A stretch of DNA of 64,000 bases, from contig CAVSGO010000007.1 in the NCBI GenBank assembly GCA_963727525.1, positions 1 through 64,000 on the forward strand, in the 5' to 3' direction. Origin of the DNA: an uncultured bacterium. Its GTDB lineage: Bacteria > Krumholzibacteriota > Krumholzibacteriia > LZORAL124-64-63. Below are positions 42,255-54,993 of the stretch, in pieces. The stretch's first letter is position 1. Each line of letters starts with the position of its first letter. The translations under genes and the position numbers were made by a program. The notes under the pieces are model-generated. The model was given only the letters and a program-made list of their open reading frames with translations. It was not told the DNA's origin and made no database searches.

Positions 42255-43976
42255 ATGAAGGTCAACCTCAGGAACCGTTTTCTCATCCCGACCACCGCGG
42301 CCCTCGTCGTGTCCCTCGGTTCCTATCTCCTGATCACGACCCGACAGACGAGCACCGCCCTCAACGCCTCGGCCCATGACGAGATGACCGAACTGAATCG
42401 CGTCGTCCAGGAAGAGATCGTGTCGTGGTACGACCATCGTCGTCTCGATGTCGATCGCTGGAGCGGTTTCGACGCGGTCGCGGCGGCCGCAGCATCACCC
42501 ACCGAACAGAACGTCGCGACGGCCGGCGCCCTCCTCGCGCACCTCAAGGAGCACACCGAGGATTTCGAGGGCATCCATCTCGTGAATGCGGACGGGCTCG
42601 CCATCGCGTCGAGCAATGCGGGGAGCGCGGGAACGCTCGACGTCCATGAACGCGATTACTTCCAGGCCTGCCTGCGCGACAGTAAGCCGACGCTCTCCCG
42701 GGCCCTGGCGAGCAAGGTGACGGGAAACGCGGTCGTGGTGATCTGCTACCCGGTGACGGCACCGGCGGGCGGGACCGCGGGCGCGCTGCTCGGTGTCGTC
42801 GACCTCGGGCACTTCACGTCGAAACTCGTCGACCCGATCAAGATCGGGAAGACCGGGTACGTCTACGTCTGCGACGACGAGGGCACGTTCCTCGCCCATC
42901 CCCGCAAGGACCTGATCCTCAAGAGCAAGCTGACGGAGTGGGACTTCGGCAAGCGGATCATGGAGCAGGGCAACGGGCTCATCCGCTACAACTTCAAGGG
43001 CATCGATCGTCAGTCGGCGTTCGCGCGGATCGACGAGCTGGGGTGGGTCACGGCGGTGGCCCTGGACGACGATCAGGTGTTCGCCGCGTCGCGTCGGTTG
43101 CGAAACCTCGGTGCGCTCATCACGCTCATCGCGCTGGCCGGCGTGAGCAGCATCCTGTTCATCGTGTCGCGGTCGGTCACCGGTCCCATCAACCGTATCA
43201 TCGCGGAGCTGACCGCGGGGTCGGACCAGACGACGGCGGCCGCGACCCAGATCGCCGACGCGAGCGTCATGCTGGCCGAACAGGCCAGCGAGCAGGCCGC
43301 CGCGGTCGAGGAGACGTCGGCGAGCCTGGAGGAGATGTCGTCCAACGTCCGGCACACGACGGACGCGACGAACCGTTGCCAGGAACTTATGGACACCACG
43401 CGTCAGGTGGTGCACGACGGGCTCGCCTCGATGGCCGAGATGGTCGAGGCCATCGGTACGATCAAGACGAGCGCCGACGAGACCGCGCGGATCGTCAAGA
43501 CCATCGACGAGATCGCCTTCCAGACCAATCTCCTGGCCCTGAACGCCGCTGTCGAGGCGGCGCGCGCCGGCGAAGCCGGCAAGGGCTTCGCCGTCGTGGC
43601 CGAGGAGGTCCGGAACCTGGCGCAACGCGCCGCACGGGCATCGCAGGAAACGTCCACGCTCATCGAGGAGTCGGTCAATCACGCCGATCGCGGCGTGCGC
43701 GTCACCGACTCGACGCGCCAGGCCTTCGACACCACGTCGAAGACCGCCGATCAGCTCGCCACCCAGATCGAGGCGATCCTCGCCGCCGCGCGTGAGCAGT
43801 CCGACGGGATCGACCAGATCAACACGGCCGTCCGCCAGCTCGACCAGGCCACGCAGGGCGCCGCCGCCAACGCGGAAGAGACCGCCTCCTCCGCCGAGGA
43901 ACTCAACGCGCGCTCGGTGGAACTGGACCAGGTCGTCGGCCAGTTGCACGCGATCGTCACGGGAAAGACGCGGTGA
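42255..43976 (+). CDS. Methyl-accepting chemotaxis protein with a Cache-like sensor
   Basis: [37 protein letters not shown]; 2 TM. Confidence 0.95.
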   Translation: MKVNLRNRFLIPTTAALVVSLGSYLLITTRQTSTALNASAHDEMTELNRVVQEEIVSWYDHRRLDVDRWSGFDAVAAAAASPTEQNVATAGALLAHLKEHTEDFEGIHLVNADGLAIASSNAGSAGTLDVHERDYFQACLRDSKPTLSRALASKVTGNAVVVICYPVTAPAGGTAGALLGVVDLGHFTSKLVDPIKIGKTGYVYVCDDEGTFLAHPRKDLILKSKLTEWDFGKRIMEQGNGLIRYNFKGIDRQSAFARIDELGWVTAVALDDDQVFAASRRLRNLGALITLIALAGVSSILFIVSRSVTGPINRIIAELTAGSDQTTAAATQIADASVMLAEQASEQAAAVEETSASLEEMSSNVRHTTDATNRCQELMDTTRQVVHDGLASMAEMVEAIGTIKTSADETARIVKTIDEIAFQTNLLALNAAVEAARAGEAGKGFAVVAEEVRNLAQRAARASQETSTLIEESVNHADRGVRVTDSTRQAFDTTSKTADQLATQIEAILAAAREQSDGIDQINTAVRQLDQATQGAAANAEETASSAEELNARSVELDQVVGQLHAIVTGKTR

Positions 43977-46900
43977 CCGTGTCGACGACATCGATGTGGG
44001 AGACGTTGGCCGTCTCGAACGACGATCAGGTCCGGACAGGTGACGAGGTCAATCCGTCGACGGTCGCCGACGTGGTCGACCGTCTCGTGCGGTTGCTCGC
44101 CACGCCGGACAAGGACGTGGGCGATGCGGCAGCCGTCACGCTGGAGTTCGCGCTCCAGGCCACCGGCGCCTCCCATGGCCTGGTCGGTTCGATCGATGCC
44201 GAGAACGGGGACCTCGTCGTCCACCGTCATACGGGCCTGATGGCACCGGACTCGTCGGACGGGGCGGCGGACGGTCTTCGTCTGCGTCTCGGCAGCCACG
44301 GCCACGCGACCGGTCTCTGGCAGCACTGTCTCGCCGCACGGCAGCCGTTCTTGACGAATGACGCGAAGCACCACCCTGCGGCACGTGGCCTGCCCACCGG
44401 GCACGGCGATGTGACGAGTTTTCTCGCAGCGCCGGCAATGTATGGCGACTTGCCGCTCGGCATGATAGCTCTCGCGAACCGACCGGGCGGCTTCGTCGAG
44501 CGCCACCTCGGCCTCGTGGCCAGGCTGGCCGAGGTCTTCGGTCTCGCGGTGCAGCGCACGCGATATCTGGCGGCGCTACGACGCAATGAGGAACAGTATC
44601 GAGGGTTCTTCGACGCCTTCACGGACATGATGCTGGTACTCGACGAGCGGGGAAGGATCCGAGCCGTCAACCCTGCCGGCGTGGCTCTCACGGGGTTCGC
44701 AAAGGACGAGTTGATCGACCACGAGGCTTCATTGCTCCTGCGGCAGGATCAGCGGGCGGTATTCGAGACCGTGCGGCAGGAAGCCGTGGCTTGCGGTGCT
44801 ACCGAATGGAAGACCGTGCTGGTCGCCAAGGGCGGTGAAGAGAGGACCTGCGAGGTTCGTGCGCAGTTCGTATCCGGCCAGAAGGTGTTGTTTCTCAGCG
44901 CTCACGACATCACCGAACGGCTCGCGACGCGTTCGGCACTCCAGACCGAACGGTTGCGGCTGCGCCAGCTCGTCAACAATGCACCCATCATCATCGGCGG
45001 TATCGACGGCGACGGACACTTGACGTCTCTCAATCCCGCCGGCCTGCGCCTCGTCGGCCTGCCGGCGGGTGACGTCGCGGGGACACCTTGTGCCGACTTG
45101 CTCGGCTTCGCACCCGATGTCGCCAAGCCGCTGATCGATCGCGTCTGGCGGGGCGAGCACGCCGACGGCGAGTCGACCGTGATCGACCTCTTCGGTCGAA
45201 CGCGGAACCTGGCCTGGAGCTTCGTGCCCCGCCGACGGGCATCGGGCGCGGTGGAGGAGGTCTGGGCGTTCGGCATGGACATCTCCGATCGCGCGGAAGC
45301 CGAGAACCGAGCGACAGGCCAACGCGAACGTCTGCGCGCTGTCCTCAACGCCATTCCCGACTTCGTCTTCTTCAAGGACGCCGCCGGCACCTATCAGGAC
45401 TGTAACCCGGCTTTCGCCGCCTTCGTGGGCCGCCCAGAGTCGGAGATCGTCGACCGGCGCGACGCCGATCTGTTCCCCGTCGACGCGGCGAAGGCATTCC
45501 GCGCCGATGACCAGCGCGTCATGCGACGCCGGTCTGCCGAGCGCATCGAGGAGTGGGTGGACTATCCCGATGGCCGTCGTGCTCTGGTCGAGACCATCAA
45601 GCAACCCCTCTTCGGCACCGGCGAAGAATGTACGGGTCTCGTCGGCATCAGTCGCGACGTCACGGATCGCTGGCGCGTCGCCGAGGGCCTCGGCAAGCGT
45701 GAGGCGATCTTCGGGGCGGTGGTGCGAGCCGCACGAGGATTCCTGGGCGGTACGGCGTGGGACAGCTACATCCCGGCCTTCCTCGCGGAGCTGGGAAAGG
45801 CTGTCGACGCGAGCCATACCTACATCCTCATCAACGATGTCGCCGAAGGCGGATTGCACTCGCCACGGACCCGCGACGCCTGGACGGCCGTCGGCGCCCC
45901 GTCGCCCTGGCTTGCGGCCGATCGTTCTTACGCCGAACTGGGTCTCTCGGCCTGGGAAGAGGAGCTGAGCCGTGCCCGCACGATCACGGGCAGGGTGGCC
46001 AGCCGCGCGGAATCCGCGTCGACGGCGCTCGCGGACGCAGAGATCGGCTCGTTTGTCGCGGCGCCCGTCTTCGTCGCTGATCAATGGTGGGGCGTGCTTC
46101 TCGTGACGGATACCGAGCCTCGAATCTGGCTACCCGACGAGATCGAGGCCCTGGAGATTGCGAGCGCGGCCATCGGCTCCGCAGTCGTGCGAGAACGCGC
46201 CGTGCGGGCCGTGGTCGCCGCGAAGGATGAAGCGGTGACCGCCAACCGGGCCAAGAGCGTATTCCTGGCGAACCTGAGCCATGAGATCCGCACGCCGCTC
46301 CATGGCATCCTGAGTTATGCGCGCTTCGGCACGAAGAAGTATGCGACCGCGTCGCCCGAGCGCCTGCGCGAGTATTTCGAGACGATCACGGTGAGCGGCG
46401 TACGTTTGCTCGACCTCCTGACCGGTCTCCTGGAGATGTCCAAGCTCGACGCCGGCCGCGTTTCCTTCGAGATGCGTGAACTCGACATCACCACCGTGCT
46501 CAAGGCGCTATCGTCCGAGATGAACGTCCGCCTCGCCGAGCGCGGCATGTGGCTCGAGGTGGAACCCATCGCGGTGTCTCCGGTCGCCTATTTCGACGAG
46601 CGCGCCATCAGCCAGGTTTTGAGCAACCTCGTGAACAATGCCGCTCGCTACGGCAAGTCCGACACGGCGACGCGGGTGTCGCTGCACGATCGCCGCGACC
46701 GCGCCGGCAGGTCCTGGCTCGAGATTCGCGTGGCCGATCGTGGCATGGGAGTGCCGGAAGGCGAGCGCGAATCGATCTTCGGTGAGTTCGTGCAGAGTAG
46801 TCGGACGAGTAGCGGGGCCGGCGGCACGGGCCTCGGCCTCGCGATCTGTCGCCGCATCGTGCGACAGCACGAGGGCCAGATCTGGTACGAGCCACAGCCG

Positions 46901-47014
46901 GATGGAACCGGCAGCATCTTCTGTTTCACCCTGCCCCGTCATTCCCAAGCTGTCACGCCACGGTCCGAGGAGGAACGCGGTCATGAGACCCATGAATACG
47001 ATCCTGGTCGTTGA
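43973..47014 (+). CDS. GAF/PAS sensor histidine kinase
   Basis: GAF, three PAS-like units, [22 protein letters not shown]. Confidence 0.92.
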   Translation: MTVSTTSMWETLAVSNDDQVRTGDEVNPSTVADVVDRLVRLLATPDKDVGDAAAVTLEFALQATGASHGLVGSIDAENGDLVVHRHTGLMAPDSSDGAADGLRLRLGSHGHATGLWQHCLAARQPFLTNDAKHHPAARGLPTGHGDVTSFLAAPAMYGDLPLGMIALANRPGGFVERHLGLVARLAEVFGLAVQRTRYLAALRRNEEQYRGFFDAFTDMMLVLDERGRIRAVNPAGVALTGFAKDELIDHEASLLLRQDQRAVFETVRQEAVACGATEWKTVLVAKGGEERTCEVRAQFVSGQKVLFLSAHDITERLATRSALQTERLRLRQLVNNAPIIIGGIDGDGHLTSLNPAGLRLVGLPAGDVAGTPCADLLGFAPDVAKPLIDRVWRGEHADGESTVIDLFGRTRNLAWSFVPRRRASGAVEEVWAFGMDISDRAEAENRATGQRERLRAVLNAIPDFVFFKDAAGTYQDCNPAFAAFVGRPESEIVDRRDADLFPVDAAKAFRADDQRVMRRRSAERIEEWVDYPDGRRALVETIKQPLFGTGEECTGLVGISRDVTDRWRVAEGLGKREAIFGAVVRAARGFLGGTAWDSYIPAFLAELGKAVDASHTYILINDVAEGGLHSPRTRDAWTAVGAPSPWLAADRSYAELGLSAWEEELSRARTITGRVASRAESASTALADAEIGSFVAAPVFVADQWWGVLLVTDTEPRIWLPDEIEALEIASAAIGSAVVRERAVRAVVAAKDEAVTANRAKSVFLANLSHEIRTPLHGILSYARFGTKKYATASPERLREYFETITVSGVRLLDLLTGLLEMSKLDAGRVSFEMRELDITTVLKALSSEMNVRLAERGMWLEVEPIAVSPVAYFDERAISQVLSNLVNNAARYGKSDTATRVSLHDRRDRAGRSWLEIRVADRGMGVPEGERESIFGEFVQSSRTSSGAGGTGLGLAICRRIVRQHEGQIWYEPQPDGTGSIFCFTLPRHSQAVTPRSEEERGHETHEYDPGR

Positions 47015-48074
47015 CGACGACCCGATCAATATCGACATCGTCCAGGAGACCCTTGGCGAATGCTGCCGCGTGCACGTGGCGCACGATGGCGAAACCGCAC
47101 TCGCGGCGCTCCCGCAAGTGCGACCCCACATCGTCTTGCTCGACATCATGATGCCCGGAATCGACGGCTATGCCGTGTGCCGCGCTATCCGCGAGGACCG
47201 TCGTCATGCCGCCATCAAGATCATCCTCTTGAGTGGGCGCGCTTCCATCCAGGAACGCCTCGAGGGCTATGCGGCGGGTGCTGACGACTACATCGTCAAA
47301 CCGTTCGTCGACGACGAGCTGCTCGCCAAGGTCCGGGTCTACACGCGCCTCAGCCGCACCGAGGAAGTCGACGAACTGAAGAGCGATCTCTTGAAGCTCT
47401 TCTCCCATGAGACCCGCACGCCCTTGAACGCGATCCTCGGGCTCTCGGAAGTCATCAAGGACGACAGCCGCGTGCCCCCGGACGTCCGTGACCTCGCCGA
47501 CGACATCAAGTTGAGTGGCCGTCGCCTCCTTGAGTTCTTCCGCAAGGCACAGCTACTCTTCGACATCAAGAAGGGCGCCGACTGGGAATTGCAGGAGGAC
47601 TCGTTCGGAGATCGGGCATTGGCCTGGGCCGATGATCTCCATCAGACACTCCAGGCTGGTCGGATCGAGCTCGATGTGACGGGCGACCCGACTCTGATGG
47701 CCAACTGGGACCTGCTCGCCGAGGTATTTCGCGCGCTCGTCGAGAACGTGTGGAAGTTCGCCGACCGCAGCACGACGGCCGAGGTCACGGTCCGCGGTGA
47801 CGCGGATTCCGTCGTCCTCGAGGTCGCCGATCGCGGCCCGGGCGTCAACGCCGGCAAACACGAGGAGATCTTCGAACCCTTCACCGTGCAGGACATCGCT
47901 CATCACGGGCAGGGTCAGGGCCTGAGCCTTGCCATCGCCCGCGAGATCGCGTTGCTCCACGGTGGCGATCTCACCGTTCGCGATCGACCTGGCGGCGGGG
48001 CCATCTTTCGGCTCGTGTTGCCCACCAGACTCGAGGCCGGCGCGGAAACGCTCACCGCGACACGGACGCGGTGA
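46983..48074 (+). CDS. Hybrid response regulator-histidine kinase
   Basis: ILVVDDD, LLDIMMP, KPF; SHETRTPL; GQGLSLAI. Confidence 0.9.
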   Translation: MRPMNTILVVDDDPINIDIVQETLGECCRVHVAHDGETALAALPQVRPHIVLLDIMMPGIDGYAVCRAIREDRRHAAIKIILLSGRASIQERLEGYAAGADDYIVKPFVDDELLAKVRVYTRLSRTEEVDELKSDLLKLFSHETRTPLNAILGLSEVIKDDSRVPPDVRDLADDIKLSGRRLLEFFRKAQLLFDIKKGADWELQEDSFGDRALAWADDLHQTLQAGRIELDVTGDPTLMANWDLLAEVFRALVENVWKFADRSTTAEVTVRGDADSVVLEVADRGPGVNAGKHEEIFEPFTVQDIAHHGQGQGLSLAIAREIALLHGGDLTVRDRPGGGAIFRLVLPTRLEAGAETLTATRTR

Positions 48075-48792
48075 GCGCCGCCACGAGCAGGTCGGCGAGA
48101 CTCTGACTCGAACGCGGGTTCTGGCCGGTGATCAGCTCGCCGTCGCGGACGACGTGATCGGCGAAGTCGGTGCCGGGCAGGAACCTCGCGCCCAGGCTCG
48201 TCAGCTTCTGCTGCAGCGAGAAGGGCACGGCGTCCTGGAGCTGCGCCGCCACCTCCTCGGCATCGGTGAACGACGTCACGCGCTTGCCCCTCACCAGGGG
48301 CGTGCCGTCGGCGAGGGTGGCGCCCACGAGCGCCGCGGGGCCGTGGCAGATCGCGGCCACGATCTTGCCCGAACGCGCGAAGTCGCTCACCAGGGCGGCC
48401 ACCGCCGGATCGACGGCGAGGTCCATCATCGCGCCATGCCCGCCCGGGACGAAGAGGGCGTCGTAGTCGGCGGCGCGGTAGGAGTCGTCGAGCTTCGCGG
48501 TCTGTCCCAGCTCGTCGATCGCCGCTCCCCAGTCGTCGCGTTGCACGGCCGACGGCTCGCTACGCGGATCGATCGGCACCTGTCCCCCCAGCGGGCTGAC
48601 CACGGTGACGTCGACCCCCGCTCCGCTCAGCGCCACGTACGGCACCGCGAACTCCTCGAGCCACAGCCCGGTGGGATGGCCGTCGGGAAAGTGATCGGCA
48701 CTGGTGGTCAGGATGAGCACGCGCGGTGCGTCGGCCGCGGCCAGCGGTGCGAACAGGGCGACGAGCAGCAGGGACACCATCATCCGGCGCAT
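48052..48792 (-). CDS. DJ-1/PfpI (type 1 glutamine amidotransferase-like) protein with signal peptide
   Basis: TGLWLEE, PGGHG, AICHGP, LITGQNP. Confidence 0.9.
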   Translation of the reverse strand: MRRMMVSLLLVALFAPLAAADAPRVLILTTSADHFPDGHPTGLWLEEFAVPYVALSGAGVDVTVVSPLGGQVPIDPRSEPSAVQRDDWGAAIDELGQTAKLDDSYRAADYDALFVPGGHGAMMDLAVDPAVAALVSDFARSGKIVAAICHGPAALVGATLADGTPLVRGKRVTSFTDAEEVAAQLQDAVPFSLQQKLTSLGARFLPGTDFADHVVRDGELITGQNPRSSQSLADLLVAALTASVSR

Positions 48793-48874
48793 GGCGAGCC
48801 TTTCCGTTCAGGCCGGGAGAGTGCGACGAACAGGCACAGGATAACGTCGGTCGGCGAGAACTCCACGGCAGCGC

Positions 48875-49447
48875 TCAGTACAGATCGATGCCGGCCGTGA
48901 ACGTCCACTGGTGGCTGGCGCCGTCGTCGAGCGGCGCTCGGTCGAGGTTCGAGCCGTAGTCGAGCGCGGCGTGGAGGCCGTGGTAGGCGTCGAAACGGTG
49001 ACGTAGCCCCGCGCCCCATGCCCAGCCGTCCTCCCAGCTAGAGTCCGTGTGCGTGTGGCTGCCGCGCAGCGTGACGACCTGGCCATAGGTCATCTCGATA
49101 CCGATCGCGGTGCTGGCGAACGACGGGCGGTGATCCTCGAGATCGTCTCGCCAGGCGAGCAGGACGCGGGTGACCAGAGGTCGTGCTCCGCGAACGGGAT
49201 GACCGAGCGCGGCCACACCGCCAATCCCGAATCGGTAGTGGCGAAAGAATGTCGCGCTGGGGAGACCATTGACCGATCCCTCCAGCAGGTTGCGCACGCT
49301 CGCCGTGCCCACGAGGCGAAGGGCGACATCCTCGGTGGTCGCGAACGGCCCGGACACGGTCAGGCCCAGATCGGGGCAGAACACGTCGTCGCCGGATCCG
49401 CCGATGTCGAGGGTGTACTGCTTGAGGCTGGCCCCGATGCTCAGGTG
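48875..49447 (-). pseudogene. C-terminal part of an outer-membrane beta-barrel (PorV-like), decapitated by the copy I end
   Basis: LSIGASLK, DLG, GIEMTY...LRG, WGAGL, alternating terminal strand ending in Y. Confidence 0.5.
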
Positions 49448-51678
49448 GGGGATAGGAATTTCTGCCGCCCTTTTTGACGTTCGTCTCGCCGAGCCCTCGA
49501 CGCGATATCTCGATTCTACTACCTCTTCGCGACGAGATCGCGCTCGCAGTGTCCGTAGACCTTGCGACATGACCATCGTGGCCGGATCGCATCGTGTTTG
49601 ACGACCCGCTGACCGCCGATTTCGCGTCGAGAACGCAGACCTCTGCGATCGGCCGGCTCCCCGGCTGCGGCTGCTCTTGCCTCACGGGGCGGATCTCAAT
49701 CTGCGTCCGGCACGCCCGCCGTCTGGTCCACCTCGTCCCACGTCACTGTGGTCGGGGTCTGTGCGAACTCCAACTCGCCCTGCGGTGGTGAGCGCGCCGG
49801 CAACACCTGCGGCGGCTCACTCTCCAGGTCGAGGTGTTCGAGTATCCGTCTGATCACCGCCGGGTCCAGGATGAAGGCGATGATCGTCGTGGGGCCTCCG
49901 CATCTGGGGCATTGCAGAGACCGAACGTCGTAGATGCGCGCCAGCAGCATCGCCCAGCTGCGCGAAGCCGTCGGCCGCGGTTCGGTCGGCTCGGCCAACC
50001 CCATGGCTGCCCGCGCGCGGTCGACGGCCAGCCGCACTGTGCCCGCAGGGCCGGCTGTCGCGGTCACTGCCCGGCGCAGCTTCGCACCCGGGGCCAGCAC
50101 GCCGCAGTAGCGGTGGCGATGCTTGCGCGGTGGGGCGAGAAGATCGACCAGGCGCTCGAGGAACTCCAGCGGACTCAGCAGAATCTCCGTGCGCCCGTCC
50201 GGACGCGGTCGGCGCAGGCGGTACACCAGGGTGTCGGCGTTCAGGCGTCCGAGGCGGCCGGCGGCCAGCGCCGGGCGTGCACAGTAGCGCACCAGGCGCT
50301 CGAGGCCTTGGCGATCCCAGTCGGCGATCCGCACAGCCGCGTGCACGGACCAGCCGCCGCCGTGCTGCCAGGTGCGCATCTCGCCGGCGGCGGCGGCGTC
50401 GAGATGGCCGTGTTCACAAGCCAGCGCAGGCCGCGGTGGCGGAACTGGTCGCGGATGCGCGCGATGGCCGAGTCGTCGAGGTGGGTGGCGGGGTGAAAGA
50501 TCGCCGCATCCGGGTCTGCGGCGTCGCGGCTGAAGACACCGTCAGTCACCAGAACGTGGAAGTGGACGTGGCTGTTGAGGGCGTCACCGAAGCGGTGCAC
50601 GAAGAGCATGGCGCCGAACTGGGCGTTGCGGGGCGAATCAGGGCTCGCATGGCGCAGTGTCGTTTGCACGGCCCGCAGGAAGACCCTGCCCAGGCCGTCG
50701 ATGACCTCGGGTTTGGTCTTCAGGAACCAGCGCACTCGCTTGGGCATCGACACCACCCACTGGCGGTACGGGACCCGGGGCAGGACATCGTCGACGAGAT
50801 GGGCGGCTGTCTCCACCATCCGGCGTGTGCCGCACGCGGGGCACAGGTCACCGACCTTGCAGGAAAACGGAACCAGGAACTCGTGCTTGCAAGACGCACA
50901 GCGGACGCGAGCGAAGCCATGGGCCGGGATGCCGCAGCGCAGGTACTCGCGCAAGGCGCGGTCGGCGGCCGGACGCACCGGGCGCAGATCGGGATCGTGG
51001 GATCGGGCCAGGGCGAGGAACGTCTCGAGGTGCTCGCGCACGGTGCGGTGCATGACCGTGGCGGCGGGCTGGCGGGGACGGTAGATGGCGGTGCAGGTGG
51101 CGGTGTCGGTGGCCGAAGGCATGGTCGCCTGCCGTCGCCTGGGGGCGTCGGGAGGCGGGTGATGCCGTCAATGGTGGGAGACGGGAGGGATCGCGCACGG
51201 AGCGCGAACGCCGGAGATGCATGTCGCGGGCCTCGCTTCGGCGACAGGGGACGAAAGTCATGTCACGTCGCCGCTGGTCAGCGACGGTCGATGAGCACCA
51301 GCAAGCTGCGGATGTAGTCGCTGCCCACCCAGGTGTGGGGCATGTCGCCGATGAAGTGGGCGGTCTGCGGATTGTGCCATACCACCTCGGGCCACTGGCG
51401 CCAGCCGACGGGGGTGCGGTGGGCGAGAAAGAACGTGAGCGCCTCTCGAGCGCGATCGTCCCAGCCCAGGCCCGCGAAGGCGCCGATGTTGCGGATCTCG
51501 TACGGCGTGAACGCATCCCATGGCGCGCCGTCGCGGCGAGCGGTGAAGAAGTCCCAGTATTTCTCGAAGGTGGCCTCGAGGGCGCCGGGGGGCAGGATGG
51601 CGCGGGCCTGGCAGGGGTCGAGGGCGATGGTGGTGGAGGTGGCGTCGAAGTCGCCGAGGTCGGCGCAACCGGGAATGT
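49448..51678 (-). mobile_element. ISCR copy I: near-complete, oriIS subtype 2, includes a longer captured GH tail (51278-51678)
   Basis: As for copy H but with a different transposase allele and ori subtype. Confidence 0.9.
49696..51122 (-). pseudogene. ISCR-type HUH transposase with a -1 frameshift near 50415
   Basis: GTGAACACGG versus GTGAAACACGG in copy H; all catalytic motifs present. Confidence 0.9.
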
Positions 51679-53199
51679 GCCGTACGGGAAGGTGGCGCGG
51701 CCGAACGTCCCGAAGGTGTTGTCGTACCCGCCGTCGGGCAGGAGGCGGGCGACCCCGATGTCGCTCTCACTGCCCCCCACGTTGGCGACGGTGCCGGCGA
51801 TGACCAGCTTGTCGTCGGGCTGGACGACCAGGCCGTACGCAGTCGCCTGCGTCCAGCCGGGGAAGCCGATCGCCTGCTGACGGCCACCGTCGAGCCATCC
51901 CTGGGGCCAGATACGAAGCAGCAAGTGGGACTCGTTCCACGCGCCGTAGATGACGGCACGTCCGTCGGGCAGGAGCGCCAGGGAGTAGCCCGAGCAGAAA
52001 GCCCCACTGCCATTGTAGAGGAAGTCGTGCTGGCCGCCGAGGAATGACAGGTCCAACGAGCCGTCTGCGTTCAGGCTCTTGACCATCACGAAGCCTTTGC
52101 CGTTGGAGTTCTGGTATTCGCCCAGCATCAGGATCCCGCCGTCGGGCCGCACCGCGATGTCCCGGACGGTGAAGTGGTCCGAGACCTGCAACTTGCCGTC
52201 GCCGTCGAACGAGTTGTCGAAGGTCCCGTCCGGGTTGATCCGGACTGCGTAGGCCGGGCCGCTTTCGTTATTGGGATAGGAGATGTACGAGCCGACGACG
52301 ACGATCTTCCCATCGGGCGCGACCGCGACGCCATGCACTTCGTTGTCCAGTGGCCCGATGTCGAATTGTTTCTTTCCCGTCCCATTGAAAGTCGAATCCA
52401 GGTAGCCGCCTGTCGTCAGGCGCACGATCTTGAACACACCGTCCGTGACGACGTCGGTTCCCCCGCCGGCCATCACCAGGCGCCCACTGCCGTCGAGGGT
52501 GGCATCGTAGCAGGCCACGTTGCTGTTGGGCCCCAGGTCGCCAAAGCCGACGGTGATCTTTCCGTCGCCGTTGAACGTGGTGTCCAGGGAGCCGTCCGCA
52601 TTATAGCGGGCGGCGGAGAAGTCGTAGTCGTTGCTGACGAGCGAGCGGCCGGCGGCGATGATCTTCCCGTCGGCCTGAATCATGACGGCATAGGCCTGGT
52701 CGGCGTCCTCCGAAAAGTCCGTCAGCACCCAACCGCCCGAGCCGAAGGTGTGGTCGAGGTGGCCGTCGATGGTCAGGCGGGCCAGCATATAGTTGGCGGG
52801 ACTCGTGTTGGCCCAGCCGGCGACCACGATCCTGCCGTCGGTCTGCACGGCGACACATGTGGCCCGGGTCTGGAACGACGGGTTCAGGATCGCCGCGGCG
52901 CCGGTCCCGTCGGCGAATGTGGTGTCGACGGTGCCGTCGGGAAGGAAGCGCATGACCAGATTGCCCAGTGACGTGTATCCGGCCGTGAGGATCTTCCCGT
53001 CCGGTTGCACGACCATGCCCCGCGCGGCGCAACACATCGGGTAGCCGTACCGGACGACGACCCCGCGGTCTCCGAACCCGGCGAACTCGGTGTCGTCCCG
53101 CTGTCCGCCGAGCGCCGTCTCGGCGCCGCCTGCCACTAGTGCCAAGGCGACTAGCGCGGCGGAGATGCCAACCTGGATGGATCTGACGTAGTCCCTCAT
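51679..53199 (-). pseudogene. Secreted delta-60 repeat (beta-propeller) protein, C-terminally truncated at the GH/ISCR junction
   Basis: Repeated VQPDGKI...ARY/L..DGSLDTTF..G. Confidence 0.8.
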
Positions 53200-53568
53200 G
53201 ATTTCCTCCGCTCCCGGGTTGCGGCCGGACGGGGTCGCCCGCACCGGTCGTTCTTATCGTTCTTACGCTGGCTTGTCTTGCCCCTACGCACCAGCGTCCC
53301 CCGGCGAACACACGAATCTGTTCGTCAGCCGGCGGTGTCACCGACGCACCGACCGACCAGACGGCATTGGGGCAGGCCGGCACTGCCAGGGGTAGAAAAC
53401 GACGGGGATTGGGAATCAGCCAGGCGGATGGCGCTCATCAACTGGTCGGGCAGGGGTCGGTTGGCGACAAGAACCAACCGGGCTCGTGGCAGCCCGCCCA
53501 CTCGTATGCAAATGACAGCCAAGCATCGGCTTGGCCCAGCGCGTAGCGGTATTGCAGAGTCGACGCCG

Positions 53569-54993
53569 CTACGGCCGGCGCTCGTATACGTCGCGGCCCA
53601 CGAGCATTCGAACGATGTGGTCGTTCTCGTCTGCCTGAAAGACGATCAGCGTTCCGTCCTCGCGTTGGAAGAGGAGGTTTCCCACCGGATAGGCCCTTTT
53701 CCTTTGAAAGACAATGGCGCCGTTGTCGGACGCGGCGACCTCGACCGGCGTTGCCTTCCAGCCGCCCTTTTCCGGCCGGGTGTGGTTGCACATGGCGCTC
53801 GTGTACGATCCCGTCACGCGCGCGAGGCCGCCCCCCCTGCGGCGCGGAAGTTGTTCAGCCGCGTGGGTTATCTGCGGAAGCATGGCGTGCGTGAGAGCCG
53901 GGACGACGGCGTCTGCGAGGGTGGCGGACTCCTGGTTGCAGGCGACGAAGACACCGAGATGCTCGGACGGCACCAGATAGAGGAAACACCCGAACCCTGC
54001 CATGGATCCACCGTGACTCATGGCCGCTACACCTTCGCGCCTGTCTTCCATCAAGATCAGGCCATAGCCTGGGAGGCGTGGGTCGTTGCGAAACTGGGTC
54101 GCGAGCATTGCGCCGGTCGACTCGCGCGAGAGGATGCGCGCGCCGTCACACGCGCCACCTTCGAGGAGTGCGATCATCAGGCGTGCCATGTCGGTGACCG
54201 TGCTGTTCACCGACGAAGCGGGCGCGGTATTCATGTACTCCCACGGCATCGGCTCCCACTCCCCGGCAAAACCGTAGCCGGTGGCGATATCGTCCCGAAA
54301 TTCCGTGGGCACGGCAATGCCGCTTCTCGTCATGCCGAGCGGCGTAAAGATATGGCGCTGGAGATAGTCCTCGTACGCCACGCCGGAAACATCCTCCACC
54401 AGCACGCCGGCAAGCGTGACCGCGTAGGTGTCGTATATGGCCAACTCTCCCGGCGGGCGAATACGCACGAGGTTTCCGCGCAGGAATTCGGCGAGCGGAA
54501 GCACGGAGTCCGGCCCGGCGGCATGGCGCCCATAACCCAACTGGTCGAACCCCGCGGTATGGGTCAGAAGATGCCGGACACGCACGGGCTCATCGAAGGG
54601 GCCGTCCACGTGGATCGACTGCAAGTGCAAGTTCACATCGTCGTCGAGATGGACCTTGCCCGCGTCCACCAGCTGCATCACTGCGATCCCGGTCAACACT
54701 TTGGTGACAGACCCGATGCGAAAGATCGTCTCTTGCGCACTGACGGGCCTCTCCTGGAACACCTCGCGCCGCCCGAATCCCTGCGCGTACACCATCGCGC
54801 CGTCTTTCACGACGGACACCGCGGCGCCGGCGATGTAGCGGTCGGTCATCTTGTTGATGAATACGGGCCGCAGGATTGCATCGACGACTTCGCGCGTCCA
54901 GGCACCGGGGCCACCGACGTCTTCGGCGAACACCCGGATCGGGGCAATCGAGCAAAGCGCTGCTGCCACCGTCAATAAAAGGAACCGCTTCAT
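53569..54993 (-). CDS. Secreted serine hydrolase, beta-lactamase class C/PBP-like family
   Basis: FRIGSVTK (SxxK), LLTHTAG, PLGM, HGG. Confidence 0.88.
   Translation of the reverse strand: MKRFLLLTVAAALCSIAPIRVFAEDVGGPGAWTREVVDAILRPVFINKMTDRYIAGAAVSVVKDGAMVYAQGFGRREVFQERPVSAQETIFRIGSVTKVLTGIAVMQLVDAGKVHLDDDVNLHLQSIHVDGPFDEPVRVRHLLTHTAGFDQLGYGRHAAGPDSVLPLAEFLRGNLVRIRPPGELAIYDTYAVTLAGVLVEDVSGVAYEDYLQRHIFTPLGMTRSGIAVPTEFRDDIATGYGFAGEWEPMPWEYMNTAPASSVNSTVTDMARLMIALLEGGACDGARILSRESTGAMLATQFRNDPRLPGYGLILMEDRREGVAAMSHGGSMAGFGCFLYLVPSEHLGVFVACNQESATLADAVVPALTHAMLPQITHAAEQLPRRRGGGLARVTGSYTSAMCNHTRPEKGGWKATPVEVAASDNGAIVFQRKRAYPVGNLLFQREDGTLIVFQADENDHIVRMLVGRDVYERRP

Noticed and set aside
53569-54993. 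True beta-lactam resistance gene next to an ISCR
   Set aside because: The motifs fit the broad serine hydrolase family and the YxN position is atypical; resistance cannot be inferred.
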